In this document: one piece after another, positions 49,976-61,611 of the stretch
Position numbering within the stretch: position 1 is the first letter of the stretch
Layout: every line of letters starts with the position of its first letter
Assembly (NCBI GenBank): GCA_002269645.1
Contig: NIVC01002239.1
Location: forward strand, 93,696-157,695
Length of the DNA stretch: 64,000 nucleotides
Source: Macrostomum lignano
Taxonomy: Eukaryota
Direction: 5' to 3'
Made by a program: the position numbers and the translations under genes
The notes under the pieces: model-generated
Databases searched by the model: none
The model's input: only the letters and a program-made list of their open reading frames with translations
Told to the model about the DNA's origin: nothing

Positions 49976-50005
49976 TCCCGCAGCGGGATTCGGCCTGGAA
50001 CTCAC

Positions 50006-50187
50006 CAGCTAGCCAGGGAAACAGTGGATGAGTAAGGCACCTGGCCATCCAAGCACCTGGCCAATTTTCGCTCAATAAGCCGCCTGTTGAACCAGCTGAC
50101 CGGAGGCACAGATTCCGGCACTAGAAATCTGCTCAGCTCGCGGTGAAGTTCCTCATCGCTAAGATTTTGAATCCGAACTGAAGACAT
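50006..50187 (-). CDS. LEM-domain membrane protein, exon 1 (LEM domain)
   Basis: IQNLSDEELHRELSRF...PPVSWFNRRLIERKLAR fits the LEM consensus (LSDEEL..EL...GPIT..TR.LYEKKL). Donor TG|GTGAGT at 50005. Confidence 0.8.
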
Positions 50188-50349
50188 TCGATGGCCAGAT
50201 TTCCGCTGAATAAACAGCTCGACATGAAGTTACAGATAATGTTATATCGTATGCCTAGAATTAAAGTAAAAAGTGCATCTGCATATTGAGTTATCGAATT
50301 TAGTTAGGATACCATTGTCGAAGGGGTTATACAAGGGGGGGGGGGTTAC

Positions 50350-50600
50350 AAGGGGGCTGTAGCCTAATGGTTATTAGTGTTGGACTCACAACTTGAAGGC
50401 CAGGGGTCCAATTCTCAATCCCACTTGGACAATTTATGCCCTTGAGCAAGACACTTAACTCTGCATTGCTTCAGTTCACCCAGCTGTAAAATGGATGCCA
50501 GTAGTAGCTGGGGTAATTGAGGGTGTGTGGCAACTCCCAGTCCTTGGACTAAACAGCTATATACAGCCTTCAGATGCGCCACACAATAGCTGTGGCTGAG
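50350..50600 (+). mobile_element. tRNA-headed SINE with CORE/Meta-like central domain
   Basis: A-box TAGCCTAATGG followed by CCCTTGAGCAAGACACTTAACTC...CCCAGCTGTAAAATGG, typical of conserved SINE central domains. Confidence 0.65.
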
Positions 50601-50953
50601 CTGTCAGATGCATATCTAGCCAAATTGGGGCAGGTGTAATCAATTATTAATTATCATTACAAGAACTAATAAAATACTTGTCATTCTACATACAAAAATT
50701 TCATCATCCTTTTTTGAATTTCTTAAGCTCATAACTTGGTAATAAACTGATAAATAAAAAACAATATCAGTTTATATAAATAGAAAGATTCAAACACAGT
50801 TTTATCCTATATGCACATTGTGCAATTAATGTAATAGGGAGTTAAGCTTAAGATTAATGCAGTCCTAGCCATTTATTTTTATATAATAAAAAGCACTTTG
50901 GGGGGGGGGGTTTTACAAAAAAATATAACCTGGTTATTGGATATTGGTATGGT

Positions 50954-51021
50954 CAAAAAAATATAACCTGGTTATTGGATATTGGTTAATTAATATCCAA
51001 TAACCAGGTTATATTTTTTTG
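50954..51021. repeat. Perfect 30-bp inverted repeat with 8-nt loop, plus a direct copy upstream
   Basis: CAAAAAAATATAACCTGGTTATTGGATATT-ggttaatt-AATATCCAATAACCAGGTTATATTTTTTTG. Confidence 0.9.
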
Positions 51022-51295
51022 AGGTTAACCAGATTCAATAACCAGGTTATTGGATGTTGGCCAAAATATCAACTGACCTGTTAAGCCTAGGCCCTTAGCT
51101 TAGGACTAACTCTTCTTTCTGACTAGACTAGGTAGGGACTAGGCTTTGTTCTTTTGACCTATTCTTGGACTTGAAGAATATAAGAAGGCAATGAAAGAGA
51201 AAATCCAAAAAGCAGAATAAAAAAGTTAATATAGGCCTAGGCCTATTACCAGTATTTTTGCACTAACAGGCTATGAGGCTAGGCCTATTAAATTA

Positions 51296-51710
51296 GGCAG
51301 TGACTATTTGTCTGGTACCGGACAAATAAAAGTGAAGTTATTTGTCCAGTATTAGATAAATAAAAGTGAAGTTATTTGTCCAGTACTGGATAAAGTGAAG
51401 TTATTCGTCCGGCACAGTATAGACTTGGATATATAATAAAAACTTGTAAAATACAGGGAATACTCAAAAAAGTAGTATATAGTTCACTTTTTGGCTAGAA
51501 GCAGAAAATATTCATTGTGATTAGATAGTGCTGTTTCTCAGAAATTCTAGAACTTTGGGCAAAAAATACTTGGGCATAGTCTACATGTCATTGCTCGATC
51601 CAGCAGTTTTGTACAATTTTTACCTTTATCATATTTCGTTCTATACATATCGGTATGTTTTGGTTTAAATTCACTTTTATTTATCCGGTACCGGACGAAT
51701 AGTCACTGCC
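51296..51710. mobile_element. 415-bp MITE, ~40-bp TIR (GGCAGTGACTATTYGTCYGGTACCGGAYAAATAAAAGTGAA), 4-bp TSD ATTA
   Basis: TIRs at both ends; ATTA at 51292-95 and 51711-14. Confidence 0.85.
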
Positions 51711-53457
51711 ATTAAACTCTTCAAGAAGAAGTTTCATTGCAAGTTTTGACTTTTAAATATTTTATTTAAACCAAAACTGTTTTAATTAACATTAAAGAAT
51801 GATTTTAAAACAAATAAATTATTTAAAAACATATATTCTAGTAGCATTTATTCGTTGCTATGATCTATTGTAGTTTTTCTTTATTTCTTGTGTTCCAGAA
51901 AACATTTTTCCTAGAATCTAAAATTTATAAAAAGTTTAAAATCCCATTTGGGCACTAAATTTAATGCTAATGGTATATGGGTCGTTCTCAAAATCAGGCA
52001 CTGCTTATGCTTCCGTTTTTTTTCTTTAAAAATTCGTGACTCAATCTTTACCTAAGAACGAATTATAGGTGCAACAAACGTATTTTGTGTCGTAAACCAC
52101 AACAAAATGTCAGGACAGCATGGAATGCCGCTTTGTTTAAATATTATTATCGGAATTATTTTATTGCACGAAAACTAGAAATACACCAGCATATCATCGT
52201 CAAATTCTATAGAGTAATTTATTCTTTTAAAATAGATAATAATTTCATTTAATTAGTTTTCTGTTTACGGAGCGCCGAACCCTTAAATAAACATATTTTG
52301 TTATAATATGACTGTATACCTATGATACGCATTCGTTTAACTTTGAACAATTTGTGCGTCGCGCAACCTGAGGGTACTATCTCAAGTATTACATTGCTTT
52401 GTTCGTGACATTTTCTAGCTATTTACAAATTAATTACAATGCGCATTGCGTTGGATAACGCAAATATAGTAATTCAAAACATTATCTGAAAATTGTTAGC
52501 TACATTTCTTAGCGTGAACGACTGATATGTGCATTTATGCGCGAAATTTAGTATCCCGCTAGGCGCTAATTCATATCTGTGGTTACAAGAATGATTGCAA
52601 AGTTTATGTATCACATAATCCTTTTGGATGATTCAAACATCCATAGGAAGATCTATATGTACTCATATTTTAACTCAGAAGTCTGCTTCAGACGGAAAAA
52701 GAATATATTTATACATCTACAGCAAAAATTAAAGCATGAGTGTATAATAGAGAAGCTTTATAGTAAGTATGAAATTACAAAGGCAGTTTAAATATAGCAC
52801 ACATGGCATATAAAGAGCTGAGAAAATTCGTGTGCATTGTGTATAGTCTCAAAAAGTTCAAGAAGATGCAAAAACTGGAAAGAAGAGACAAAACAAATCA
52901 AGCACAGAAATGAAATATGATTGCAAAAAGCTTTGTTGCATTGTAAATATGCATGGAATATTGGAGTTTGGACATCTTAATATATGGTACATATGAATGC
53001 AGCCTGATATTCTGTAGAATTATCTATGTTTGACTCTAAATGTAATTATTTATTATAAATAAGACATTTTCTTGTCTTATATTTTTTATTCTTGCAAGAA
53101 ATGTAGTCTTGCAAACAGCTATATACTCTAGTCTGCTATGAATGGATACAATATTATTAAACAAGAAGAAATTTAAAAAGTACATGTATACTGACTGGTT
53201 TATGCTAAAGTATTACAATCCAAAAGGATTTACAAACGTTACTGCAGGACAAAAACAACTGAAAACAATTTGATGAAATGGGTAGATTAAAAAACATTTA
53301 TCTGTATATGTAGGCATGAAGGAACTATATAATGAAGCTATCGAAACAGTCATGCTTGGACTTGACTGCCCCTGAATCAATAAAAATAGTGCATGAAGAA
53401 TGATAGTATTTTAAACATAGTGTGCATTTAACACTAGTTTAAAGAAATGTAACAGGA

Positions 53458-54412
53458 TGTGATGGACCGAGTTTTGACATCATGGGTGTCGGATTATAAT
53501 CCTCCAATACTTCGCCTCTTTTGGGCCTTCACCTTCGACTTACGTTTTCATGTACTTTTAGTCCCTTTAACATATTAATTAGTTGCAGCTAACCTTATTT
53601 ATTGTCTATGACCTCATCCCTACCGTTTAGCCAAGCAATTCCAGCAATAGTGACCTAGCTCATCCTTTGCGTTTACCACTTTTATATCTATGTACAAGAC
53701 CTCCTCTCCGTTATAGGTTTCTCTTAGCTTTGCTCCCCTCAGGCGCGTCCATGTTCCTTTCTTTCTGCTTTACCTTTTGCTTCCACTGCCACGAAATACA
53801 CTCCATCTACTAACTGCTCATTAGTTTGTTGTCCAAGCGACAAATTTGGTAGCAGAGCGTTCACAACTCTTCAAATAATTCATGGTTATTATGCGTTCGA
53901 TGGATGCCGGCGACACCACCTCCACTTCTGCAACCACTACTGCTCTGGCGCATACCATGCCGCCCACTCCGACCGCTGTTGCTGCCACCGCTGGCACTAG
54001 TTCTGGAGCCCCCACTGGTCCTGATGCCTCTTTGACACCCAACTTTAACGACCGCTACGACCTCGCCGGGACCGACCGGGGCCCACAACAACTGGCTGCT
54101 ACTCCTACTGCGCCGGTCACTGCTGCCACCCTCACCCCGACAACTCCTGGCATCGATGTCAACGCATTGATGACCGCGAAGATGCAGCAGAACCAACAGC
54201 TAATACAACAGCTCGCTGCCGCAGTCCATCCTGCTGCAACAGCGGAGCCTGCTGCACCGCCCACCTCAACGCCGCTGGAGATGCCGACTCCAAGGAGGCC
54301 ATACTCCCTTGTCTCTGCCGCAGCCGATGGAGGCCTCGTTCCGCATTCGGATTTAAATACGAATGGTTCACCTTACTTGTACTACTTGCGCCTAACTTTA
54401 TTTAATATATAA
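53458..54412 (+). mobile_element. 5'-LTR, PBS and gag-like N-terminus of a truncated LTR retrotransposon nested in the Sola2-like element
   Basis: TGT at 53458 and ACA at 53842 bound a putative 385-bp LTR. TGGTAGCAGAG(C) at 53847 is complementary to the 3' end of animal initiator tRNA-Met. An Ala/Thr/Pro-rich ORF starts at 53882. No second LTR seen. Confidence 0.6.
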
Positions 54413-54524
54413 ATGTGAGCAAATCAACCCCTACTTTAATGGTATATAGCACGTACAATTAGGATAGGATTTCATTTTTAGTATATAGGATATATAGGAT
54501 AGTTAGAGAGCTGAGATGAGCTAC

Positions 54525-56678
54525 CTAAGGTTCGTTGCAAAAGTCATAAGGGAGCAGCGCCTTTTCATCACCACTTGCACGTCCACGTCCACCTCCGCGT
54601 CCTCGTCCACCTCGGCGTCCACCTCCGCGTCCTCGTCCACCTCGGCGTCCACGTCCACCTCCACGCCCACATCCGAGTCCACTCGTTGCAGTATCAGGAG
54701 CTGGCGCCTCCGGCAGCATCAGCGGCGCCCACACTTTCATCTCGTGGCATGGGCAGGCTACTGCTGTACCAGGGCACATGCAGGACAGCTGACGGTAAGT
54801 GATCGGCCCACCATCAGTCCTTGAGACGTCGTGCATCGACTTCGAGCCTGGCATGCCGCAGAGGTCCTCACCTACGAAGGTGATGATGCTTGTGAAATAG
54901 TTCATGTCCTCTGGCTGAACCAACCATGTGAGTATGTGCAGAGGGCTACCCGATCTGACGGCTTCCATAACATCCTGAGGTGTTACAACGTCCTGCCGGC
55001 TAGCCACGACTTCATCGCAGCGGCGTTTGATAGCCGCTCCAACTCCATCCGCAGCACCCTTGCCGTGTCCGGCCTCTGTGTAGATCCAACGCCAGCTTGA
55101 CACCCTCATGATCTTCATCAGGCGGTCGAATAAGAAAACCATCTTGCGATTTCTATACTGGCTGGATGGCGAATCAGAGACGATGACGATCTGGTCCAGT
55201 TGGCTAAAGGCGTCCTTATCGACATCGTGCTTCTCCTTAAAGTGGCGAAGGACTGGTTGTAGATGAGCGGCGATGGCCTCCGCCGTCTTACTCCTCTCTC
55301 CTGATACCGTTGCGAATGAGCAAGGTTGATGTCCAGCCATGTAGGCCACGCCTTGATGAAGCACCACCTGATCCTTGTCGCCAAAGTGCGCCGCCTGTAC
55401 CTCTTTGTGGTACTTCGCCGTATAGTTTTCGGAGAAGTCTATGTGCAACAGGAGCTGTCCCGGCTGCAGAGTATCCTTAACCTGGCGGATTGCACGATAC
55501 TGGTTCCGCATCCGCATAAAGTGGCCCGCAAAGTCGACTAGTTGCACCATCAGCATGCTGATAGCCGTCTTGCATGATGCCGTCTCTTTGACCACATCCA
55601 AGCCGCTGCGTCCATCTGTCCGAGGCTTCCAAACGCGGTACACAACCTGTGGCTCAGCCTCAGCTGTCTCCGTGACTACAAATGACTTGCGACGGCACTC
55701 GTCGCATTTGCGCAGCAGGCAGTCAGCGTATTCCATGTCGCAGACCATTTCATTCAACACTTTAGTAATGTGGTGGCTGTGAAGAAGTCCAGCAATGTGC
55801 ATGCCTTTGATTAAGGACTCCGTGTTAGTGCACTTTATGCACATACACATGTCTCGGTCACACAGACGAGCCCTCTTGACATACCATGGCTTCCAGCGGT
55901 TAAATGTTGCCCGGCTGATCTTCACACCAGGATACTCCCAAAGGAACTTTGCATGGAGCAGGAAGACTGAGCTCAGGAGATAACGCTTCTGCTTTGTCTC
56001 CTTCTCCTCGCCAAATCTCTTGGAGATGCAATCCTTCCGGGAGGAGGTGGCCCGCGAGTTTTCGTCCTGGCAAAAGTACTCCTGGACGACGCTCACAAGC
56101 AGATTTATCTTCGGCGCTCTCGGCTGCTTCAAGATCTTCGCGGAGGCGCCAAAGAAGGCCATGACGGCCTTCCGTCCTGCCTCGTGGGCGTTTAGACAGG
56201 CAGCCTTGATTACTCGCCGGGTGTTATTGAACCGTCTGACTGACTGCAGCGCTCTCTTCACATGGCTAGCTATGTTGGTGAAAGTCTGAAGCCGGCAACT
56301 TTTTGCCGCCAATTCCTTATTCGCGCGGTGAAGTTTCACTCGCAGGCAGGTTTTGCTTGTCTTGCGCTGCTTGGCAGCAGTCTCAAGCAGGTGCACCCTG
56401 GCCTTTAGCTTGGCATTCTCCCGCTTGAACGCCGCTGCCGATCTTGCCAAGGATCGCTGGGGGATCTCTGCCGAAGTGCTGGACCCTGCCTTGTCCTTGC
56501 GATTGCCTTTGTCCCTATACTTCTGCTGTTGCCGCCGCATGTGCTCTAGGTAGCTACTGTGGGAGCCAAAATTTGTTTTAATATATTTTTTCCTCTTTTC
56601 ACGCCGCTTTTGTCGTTCAGTCGGCTTGAACGGCATTGCTTGAAACAGATGGTGGGAATTTTTGTGTTTTGCAGTCAT
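54525..56678 (-). CDS. Intact transposase (~717 aa), Sola-like DDD catalytic core
   Basis: Motifs HIDFSENY, VSDSPSSQYRN, EAGHGKGAADGVG; Cys-rich segments CDRDMCMCIKC and CMC...CPCH; RG-rich tail. First ATG at 56678. Confidence 0.9.
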   Translation of the reverse strand: MTAKHKNSHHLFQAMPFKPTERQKRREKRKKYIKTNFGSHSSYLEHMRRQQQKYRDKGNRKDKAGSSTSAEIPQRSLARSAAAFKRENAKLKARVHLLETAAKQRKTSKTCLRVKLHRANKELAAKSCRLQTFTNIASHVKRALQSVRRFNNTRRVIKAACLNAHEAGRKAVMAFFGASAKILKQPRAPKINLLVSVVQEYFCQDENSRATSSRKDCISKRFGEEKETKQKRYLLSSVFLLHAKFLWEYPGVKISRATFNRWKPWYVKRARLCDRDMCMCIKCTNTESLIKGMHIAGLLHSHHITKVLNEMVCDMEYADCLLRKCDECRRKSFVVTETAEAEPQVVYRVWKPRTDGRSGLDVVKETASCKTAISMLMVQLVDFAGHFMRMRNQYRAIRQVKDTLQPGQLLLHIDFSENYTAKYHKEVQAAHFGDKDQVVLHQGVAYMAGHQPCSFATVSGERSKTAEAIAAHLQPVLRHFKEKHDVDKDAFSQLDQIVIVSDSPSSQYRNRKMVFLFDRLMKIMRVSSWRWIYTEAGHGKGAADGVGAAIKRRCDEVVASRQDVVTPQDVMEAVRSGSPLHILTWLVQPEDMNYFTSIITFVGEDLCGMPGSKSMHDVSRTDGGPITYRQLSCMCPGTAVACPCHEMKVWAPLMLPEAPAPDTATSGLGCGRGGGRGRRGGRGRGGGRRGGRGRGGGRGRASGDEKALLPYDFCNEP

Positions 56679-57202
56679 TTCAAGCAATTACAGCTGCAGT
56701 CTAATTTGGACAATCATGTGATTGGGAATCACTTAGATGTTACTAGGGGCAACAAACCCAGCAATGTCACTATTAGATGCCTCAACTGCCAGTAGGACCT
56801 AGTGGAAAAGCTTCAAAAATGATATCCAAATTTTGCAGTCTATTTTGTGCTAAATCTGCATAGAGTCTAAACTGTATCTTTCATTTAAATAATGCCAATA
56901 GCTACTTGCTTATTGGGACACAAAATTCAGGATTTTTTGCAAGAAACTGTACATTTCAAAGTAAAATTTTCCAAATGGCCAAAACTTTTTTTGATGGACC
57001 AATTTCTACAAATAAAGCCACTTGATTCATATTCTTTCAGTCATTGAGATCTAATATCTAATTTAAAACATCAATTTTAATTTCAAGTTTAAAATGCTAC
57101 TGAATCCCTTACTCATAAATTACAGTTTGTATGTATTGCCTGGTTTCTAAATTGTTAACATATTTTGTGTGGCTTATATGCAATATTTTCTTTTAAAAAA
57201 TT

Positions 57203-57565
57203 AATGCTCCTACACAACACCTAGTAAAACATTCTCCAAAAAATTCAGCCCAATCAGTTCTTTCAGTGACCCATGATGGCAGTCCCAATGGTTTGACATA
57301 TGCAAAAGTGCATGTTTTTTCAGATGTTTTACTTAATTGTGGGGCTCAGAGGCAATGTATTTAAAAATGCAAAAAATGCTCCCATAAGACACCTAGTCTA
57401 ACACTCTCCAAAAAATTCGGCCCAATCAGTTCTTTCAGTGACCCATGATGGCAGTCCCAACGTTTTGACACATGCAAAAGTGCATGTTTTTCAGATGCTC
57501 TGCTTAATTGTGGGGCTCAGAGGCAATGTATTTAAAAAAGCACAAAAATGCTCCTGTAAGACACC
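57203..57565. repeat. ~172-bp tandem duplication in the transposon's upstream region
   Basis: TCAGTTCTTTCAGTGACCCATGATGGCAGTCCCAA occurs at ~57254 and ~57426. Confidence 0.85.
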
Positions 57566-58748
57566 CAGTTCTCCACTTTACTCCTTTTTTTGGTCATTAT
57601 CTTATTCCAGTGTTGCAAAACTGTGGTCCCAACGTTTATTGGCTTGTGCCTGTCTTAGTAGCAATTAATTGTATAAAAAAATATTGCAACAACTGTGGTG
57701 CACTAATCCATATAAAAACATCACAAATACAAAGATCACATTATAAGGCACAAAAAAACGCCAAAAGACGCCATATGCATTGCTTTCACCTAAAAAACTA
57801 GCAATATATTTGTACAATTCAACTGCTAGTAACTAGAACAGTGATGCGTTTAAGTGATGAAAGATTGTGTTTAAGTCAAGGAACAAATCACTAAGCAGTC
57901 ATTCTTTAATAAGAAGCAAATTCTAATGTTCTTTTCTTCCTTCCTGTGCAAAATAGTTTATTTCTGATGTTTCTTTCCCATTGAATTTTTTCACAAAACA
58001 TGACACCGTCTTAGCGTTACATCGAAGAAATGGAAATATTAAATTGATAAAATGACTCAGTAGTCAGTTGCTTTGACAACCGTACCAATTTCACTGTTTC
58101 GAATGATAAATAAAGTACTTTTCTTTCAACAGCTACGTTTACCCTGTTGCTTGTTTTGCATGAAAGGCTGGTTCAGGGTCGAAAATTTTTTTTCTTGTTT
58201 TATCGCGTAATTCCTGATTTTGAGAACGACCCATATATTAAAGTGGCTTTTAGAGACATATATCAGGATAGATGTAGCATCATAGACCATGTGCACAAAC
58301 AAAAATCGGTTGATAGGCCTATTGAATATTGATAGGTCCATAAGAAATAAAAAAATCATAAATCACACAATTCATGGAAAAATTCTACAAAATTCTGTTC
58401 TTAAAGTGTATTGTTGTAGTTAATCCTAGTAAAGCTGCACTATTTTGAGAAGTTGCTAGTAGGCCTATGATAGCTAAGTTCTAGGGCCTACAAAGCTTTA
58501 TGCTTTTCAATTTCATAATTTTTATTTTCACATTTATATTTATGCTAGGCCCAAATCTGTTTTCTCTACATTTGATTAACTATTTTAGTTAGGCCCCTAG
58601 GTAAATAATATTTTCACAAAAATATATATATTTAAGTAAAACAGTTAATAGAGTTATTGATTTAGTTAAAAGTTATAATATAATGATGTATAGGCCCTAT
58701 ATCTTTTATATTAGGCCTATATCTATATCTTAGGGTCTATCTCATATC

Positions 58749-59297
58749 TAGGGATTGCAATCCCGGGATCCCAAAATCCCAGGATTGGGCCTAAATCCTG
58801 GGATTTCCATTCCTGGGATTAGGGACCCCAAATCCCAGGACTAATTTTTGTTAATATTTTTACAAAAAGTGCTGTAATATAAACATAATTAGGCCCATAA
58901 CTAGTTTATTATACTGCACCAATTTCCATTAATTGCCTCACATCGTATGGCACCTTTTTAAACCCCATATCACAGATTTAAATATGAAATTAATTTCAAT
59001 TTAAATTTTGATATGATTTGCTTCTTTACTACTAATTAGTACAATTATACTACTTACTTCAATAGGTCACAAGATAATGCTGTTTTTCATCTACAAATAG
59101 ATCATTATCTCTATAACAATCAAAAAAGTAAGCAAAAAGTGTTTAGTGCATATTTTGCCTTAAAATTTCAACCTAGAAGTATAAAAATCTATATTAGGCC
59201 TATTCTGATCCCGGGATTCAATCCTGGCATTGGCCAAATTCCAGGATTTAATCCCAGGATCCCGGGATCATAAAAAGCCAGGATTTTGCAATCCCTA
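58749..59297. mobile_element. 549-bp hAT-type MITE (TIR TAGGGATTGCAA, 8-bp TSD CTCATATC/TTCATATC)
   Basis: 12-bp perfect TIR, 7/8 matching 8-bp flanks, ATCCCGGGAT/ATCCCAGGAT subterminal repeats. Confidence 0.85.
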
Positions 59298-60511
59298 TTC
59301 ATATCTCTCCTAAATATTTAAATTCATTCAAATTAGGCATTAGGCCTAAATATTTCCAAAAATATAACTGTTAATCAAGAAGGTAGCACAAAGTATATTG
59401 GTAAAAGAATTAATTTTGCCATTTTGGGAGACAATCTATATATGCTTTCCACTCTATACTATATCGTGCTATTTCTGTGGTCATATTTATTTATATATCT
59501 AATCTAATAAAATACCTAAGCAGTATTAATAATTATTAGGCCTATTATTGCCAAAAGGGCTTTCCTTGTCTTCAAAAGTTATAAAAAAGAGAAGTACATA
59601 TATAAAAGTTAATATTTCTCTTTTAAAAAAATATCTTACTAATGCTTCCATAGTTGTACTAAGGTCTTAAGTTTGATCTATCTTAAAAGATCCCATAAAA
59701 TATCACCTAAGTTGTTAATAATGCTAATCCTTCTGCTATAATTTAGTCTTATTTTGTCTTAATATAGGCCCTAATTCTAGTAGAATCATTGCATACACAT
59801 TGGGAAACCCAGTGCTAGAAAATACATTTTTCAGTTTTTTACTTAAATAATGGGTCTAAGAGCAACAAATTTAATAATCTAAGCACTCATTTAGTCATTT
59901 CTAATGTGACTAGTTTCACATTTGAACATTATAACAGGGGAGACAAATCAATAAAGCACAAAAAGTTTGAGAACAAAAACAGAGCAAACTAAGTACTAAG
60001 CAAACTGAATTTATAGCTGATAGTAGAGTAAAAAATTAGCAAAAGCAAGTCAATGAAATATCATTCCAATTAGCTAATTATTAGTAGTCTATAGAATTGC
60101 TTCACCAATGAAACAGAGCATGTGCCTAAACCGTCCACAGTTTGCATACAGTTTGCAGCTTCACCTTTATCCACTGTGAGATGTGGGCAGCTCTATCACC
60201 CCTTTCAATTGTACCCACAATCAATATGTACTTTTTGTTGCTCATCTTGTTGTAGGAGCCACGTGCTGCATGATCTTGTTCTTCCAGCATTTCATCTGCA
60301 GTGGCAAAGCTCCCCTTAAATTGCTTGCTTGTACTATCAAATGGCTTGCAAAAGGCTATAGTTTTTGTTTATAAAATCATGTCTCAATTTTTTTAACTGT
60401 TGACTGTTTCTTGTCCTAAATGCAATCTCATGCTGTGGAGGGCAAGCAGCTGGGGCCACGCAGCTCAAACCGCAGACTCGCAGCATTTCGATCGCCTAGA
60501 GAAAGCCGGCC

Positions 60512-60927
60512 ATGCAGCAGCAGCAGCCGGACACTGATGACCTGGCTGAGGAGGCCAATGGGGACGAGTTCGACTACGAGGATCTGGAAATTGTCGACAT
60601 CGGTGAGGGCGAGAATGACGGCTGCCTCGGTGACGACAGCTTTGAAAGCGACGAGTCCGAGGGAGCTGAGCCGGTGCCGGTCCGCCAGCCACTGGAGGTC
60701 GCGCGCGACGACTCAGTAGCCACACTGAGCGGCCACGCGTCCAGCGTCTTCTGCCTGGCCGCCTCGCCCGACGGCCGCCTGCTGGCAAGCGGCGGCGAGG
60801 ACGACCGCGCCCTGGTTTGGCGGGTTGGCGCCGATGGACCGCACGCTGCGGCCACTGCGGTCGACGCAAAACTTGTTGGGGTTTGCGGCGGCCACGACGA
60901 CTCCGTGGTCTTCGTCTCCTTTAATAG
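60512..60927 (+). CDS. AAMP: Angio-associated migratory cell protein (WD40, Sqt1 homologue), exon 1
   Basis: Acidic N-terminus then DDSVATLSGHASSVFCL...SGGEDDRALVW...GHDDSV, matching AAMP. Donor AG|GTGGGT. Confidence 0.9.
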
Positions 60928-60930
60928 GTG

Positions 60931-61247
60931 GGTAGCTAGGCGTTAGCTAGTCAATAGCAAGGCAGTAGCTAGGCGTTAGCTAGTCAATAGCAAGGCAGTA
61001 GCTAGGCGTTAGCTAGTCAATAGCAAGGCAGTAGCTAGGCGTTAGCTAGTCAATAGCAAGGCAGTAGCTAGGCGTTAGCTAGTCAATAGCAAGGCAGTAG
61101 CTAGGCGTTAGCTAAACAATAGCAAGGCAGTAGCTAGGCGTTAGCTAGTCAATAGCAAGGCAGTAGCTAGGCGTTAACTAAACAATAGCAAGGCAGTAGC
61201 TAGGCGTTAGCTAAACAATAGCAAGGCAGTAGCTAAGCGTTAGCTAG
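60931..61247. repeat. 33-bp minisatellite (GTAGCTAGGCGTTAGCTAGTCAATAGCAAGGCA)
   Basis: About 9.5 units beginning within the donor site region. Confidence 0.96.
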
Positions 61248-61611
61248 ACGCAACTCACTACAGCGACTCCAGCACGCCTTTGATACGACTCTATGGGTCC
61301 AGAGTCAATATAAATTTAGAGACGCCCAAGAGTCACAGACACTAAAACGCCTCAAATTAACTCTTAGGCGACTATTAAATCTCGTCGCTTTGAAGTCGTC
61401 TAGAGTCACTTCTTTCTTTTTTTACCTGTGTTACGTACGAGTCTGGAGCGACGCTTCTTGGCCTGGGTATCTAGGCATGTGTCACTAAGTTGCTACTTTT
61501 GCTAGGCATTAGCCGTGTGTCTGAATTTAGCGAATCAATAGAAGAGCATTAATTAGCCTGTAACCAAGCATTATCCAGTAGCAGCTAGTCGCCTATGCCC
61601 GCAACCCGCAG

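Larger units (their letters stand above)
51979..58232 (-). mobile_element. Complete 6,254-bp Sola2-like DNA transposon
   Basis: Perfect 20-bp TIR GGGTCGTTCTCAAAATCAGG, ATAT on both flanks (4-bp TSD), 5'-GRG termini, internal uninterrupted DDD-type transposase ORF. Superfamily assignment is from recalled motifs. Confidence 0.85.

Noticed and set aside
49280-50075. Minisatellite as part of the LEM protein coding sequence
   Set aside because: A strong GTGAGT donor and a phase-compatible acceptor excise it exactly, and the LEM frame otherwise stops at 50002.
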